NCBI GenBank assembly: GCA_016763875.1
Contig: JAESSZ010000815.1
Span: 1 to 26,656, forward strand
From: Nannocystaceae bacterium
GTDB taxonomy: Bacteria; Myxococcota_A; Polyangia; Nannocystales; Nannocystaceae
Length of the DNA stretch: 26,656 nucleotides
Reading direction: 5' to 3'
Position 1 is the first letter of the stretch; every line of letters begins with the position of its first letter. The notes below the pieces were generated by a model. The model was not told where the DNA came from, did not search any database, and saw only the letters and a list, made by a program, of their open reading frames with translations. Made by a program: the position numbers and the translations under genes. Positions 24,849 through 26,656 of this stretch are shown here, in pieces.

Positions 24849-25127
24849 TTGCCCTACACTAGTCGGCAGAGACCAACGAGGTGGGGCCGGTCTCTAGGAA
24901 TGGGCTTGATGGGGAAACGTTTGTCGCCAAGGATATCGCTTCGCGGATTGATCGCCGCTGGGCCGCAGTCTGCCGACTCAGGAATGTTCGACCGCGAGAG
25001 CATCGCGCAGCCGGCACCAACCGCAACGGCAGCGGACCCTGCAGACCCTGCAGACCCTGCAGACCCTGCAGAGGGCTCGCCCCTGACCGGTGACGACGCC
25101 GATTTCCTCCGCGACATCGGCGCGTAA
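24849..25127 (+). CDS. Hypothetical short ORF or gene remnant with a (DPA)4 repeat
   Basis: The C-terminal half (MFDRES...DDADFLRDIGA) looks protein-like; the N-terminus does not. Start unresolved. Confidence 0.3.
   Translation: MPYTSRQRPTRWGRSLGMGLMGKRLSPRISLRGLIAAGPQSADSGMFDRESIAQPAPTATAADPADPADPADPAEGSPLTGDDADFLRDIGA
25035..25070 (+). repeat. Perfect 9-bp tandem repeat GACCCTGCA x4
   Basis: Copies start at 25035, 25044, 25053 and 25062. Confidence 0.95.
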
Positions 25128-25174
25128 GCTTCGGGGGAGAGCGTAATGCGGCATTTCCCAGGCCTTCCCCCGAC

Positions 25175-25828
25175 GTGAGCGAGACCGATCTTGAAGTGTT
25201 GCGGCTTGCCCTTGGCGGCAATGCGAGTAGCCAGCGCGCGCTGGCCGACAAACTCATGGACGGGATCCAGCGCGAGGTTGCGTTTTGTTTGCTACGGGCC
25301 GCCGGGGCATCGCAACGCGATCCTCGGCAGGAGGTGCGTGACTTGGTCCAGGATGTCCTCGTCGCCCTGTTCAAGAACGACGCTCAGGAACTTCGGCGCT
25401 GGGACCCCAACCGGGGCAGGTCGCTCGACAGCTTCGTGCGTTTGGTAGCCCGGCGCCTGGTCGCCCGTACGCTCGGACAACGTCGCGGCAACCCGTGGGC
25501 CGATGCACCAATAGACCCTACCGAAATTGACGACACGGGGGACTCGCAACTCGTGCAGCGCCTACAAGACCGGGCTGAGTTGGACCAGGTGTTGGTAGCG
25601 CTGTATTCGACCATGGCGGAGCGCGATCACGAATTGTTCGATCTGCTCTTCGTCCAGCAGCGGGATCCGGACGAGGTCGCCACGCGGATGGCGATGTCGC
25701 GCGGCGCAGTCAATGCGTGGCGCTACCGGACGCGCAAGCTGGCACGTGCCATCGTGGCGCAGTCGGAAACCCAGTTGTCATCGGTGGAACAGTCGTCGCC
25801 AAAGGAGAAGTCAAGCCGTGGGGGATGA
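25175..25828 (+). CDS. ECF-type sigma-70 factor
   Basis: Region 2-like EVRDLVQDVLVALF...WDPNRGRSLDSFVRLVARR; region 4 HTH ELFDLLFVQQRDPDEVATRMAMSRGAVNAWRYRTRK. Confidence 0.88.
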   Translation: MSETDLEVLRLALGGNASSQRALADKLMDGIQREVAFCLLRAAGASQRDPRQEVRDLVQDVLVALFKNDAQELRRWDPNRGRSLDSFVRLVARRLVARTLGQRRGNPWADAPIDPTEIDDTGDSQLVQRLQDRAELDQVLVALYSTMAERDHELFDLLFVQQRDPDEVATRMAMSRGAVNAWRYRTRKLARAIVAQSETQLSSVEQSSPKEKSSRGG

Positions 25829-26615
25829 ATTGCTGCGCGCACTGGGACGCCGACAACAGCGGGTAACGCTGGACGCTACCGAGGTCCAACAACGCGCTCC
25901 AACCGCGAATGGATCCGCTGAGATGAGTCACCCGGATGCCGAAGCTGTGCTGCGACCGTTCGATGTGCACGAACGCGCCGCGCTGCTCGACGCGGTGTTC
26001 GCCGCCGACCTCGACGACGCGTCGGAGGACCAACCGGCGGAGAATCTAGACGACGATGCTCTAGACAACGATGCACCGAGCGAGTCAGCGACACGCCGCG
26101 GTACTCGAACACGCGTTGTGCTCGGCTCACTCGCTGCCCTCGCCGCGGCGGTTCTCCTCTTCTTCGTGCTGCGGGCGCCCAGCGGGGGCCCGGTGGGACC
26201 GCCGATAGTCTCGCTGCCGTCCTACGCGATCACTTCGCTGCACGGCGGCATCGCAGCTACGCGCGCCGATCACGACGGACACCCCTCCGAGATCGAACTG
26301 CGACCGGAGGGCGCGATCGACTGGGTGATGACGCCTCAGCGTGCGACACGCGAACGTGTGGCCTTGGTGATCATCGTAACGCCAGACGGCGGGCGCCCGC
26401 AGCTGCTGACCCCACCCCCGACGCAGACCATAGTCACCAGTGACGGAGTTGTGCGGCTGCGTGGCAAAGTATCCGAGGTGTTGGGCCTCCCGGCCGGCAC
26501 GTGGACTGTGGAGCTCGTCGTGACGCCTGTGAGCCGCGTCCCTCGCACGGTCGCGGAAGCCCGCGCGGGCGGCTTTCCCAGCGATACGTTTCGCGCGACT
26601 CTCTCCCATGGGTGA
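25818..26615 (+). CDS. Putative single-pass anti-sigma factor
   Basis: GTG 25818 has SD AAGGAG (25802-25807) and overlaps the sigma stop. Cytoplasmic N-terminus, TM helix VVLGSLAALAAAVLLFFVL, beta-rich extracytoplasmic C-terminus. Confidence 0.72.
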   Translation: MGDELLRALGRRQQRVTLDATEVQQRAPTANGSAEMSHPDAEAVLRPFDVHERAALLDAVFAADLDDASEDQPAENLDDDALDNDAPSESATRRGTRTRVVLGSLAALAAAVLLFFVLRAPSGGPVGPPIVSLPSYAITSLHGGIAATRADHDGHPSEIELRPEGAIDWVMTPQRATRERVALVIIVTPDGGRPQLLTPPPTQTIVTSDGVVRLRGKVSEVLGLPAGTWTVELVVTPVSRVPRTVAEARAGGFPSDTFRATLSHG

Positions 26616-26656
26616 GGTGGCTACTCGCAACGCTGCTCGGGTCGTGGATCGGTGGA
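26612..26656 (+). CDS. Start of the next operon gene (signal-peptide-like), truncated by the window end
   Basis: GTGA start/stop overlap with the anti-sigma gene; reads MRWLLATLLGSWIGG. Confidence 0.55.
   Translation, partial: MRWLLATLLGSWIGG

Noticed and set aside
13574-25070. CRISPR array or non-coding repeat element
   Set aside because: All repeats seen are in-frame coding repeats or short microsatellites without unique spacers, and no cas genes are present.

Overview
GC-rich bacterial window whose gene content (many Cys-rich and Ser/Thr/Asp-linker lipoproteins, a CheW-less CheA-like kinase, an ECF sigma/anti-sigma pair) suggests a myxobacterium, probably Nannocystaceae-like; this is inferred from gene content, not searched. 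In order: the 3' part of a large SF1 helicase-REase gene split by a +1 frameshift, a 12-Cys-repeat lipoprotein, a FIST sensor plus CheA-like kinase, a Cys-rich lipoprotein, a solitary tRNA-Leu(CAG) lacking the long variable arm, an RsmC-like methyltransferase with an in-frame TAG, a SWIM-SNF2 helicase preceded by a c-di-GMP-I (GEMM)-like motif, several more lipoproteins (acidic repeat protein, esterase, clan GH-A-like hydrolase, tandem ABM-like protein), oligopeptidase B, an AraC regulator with a small divergent VOC-like gene, and an ECF sigma/anti-sigma operon running off the end. No CRISPR array, integrase or transposase was seen. Several genes appear to be leaderless (TANNNT 6-8 nt before the start codon). 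Up to four single-base lesions mean sequencing error must be excluded before any recoding is invoked.
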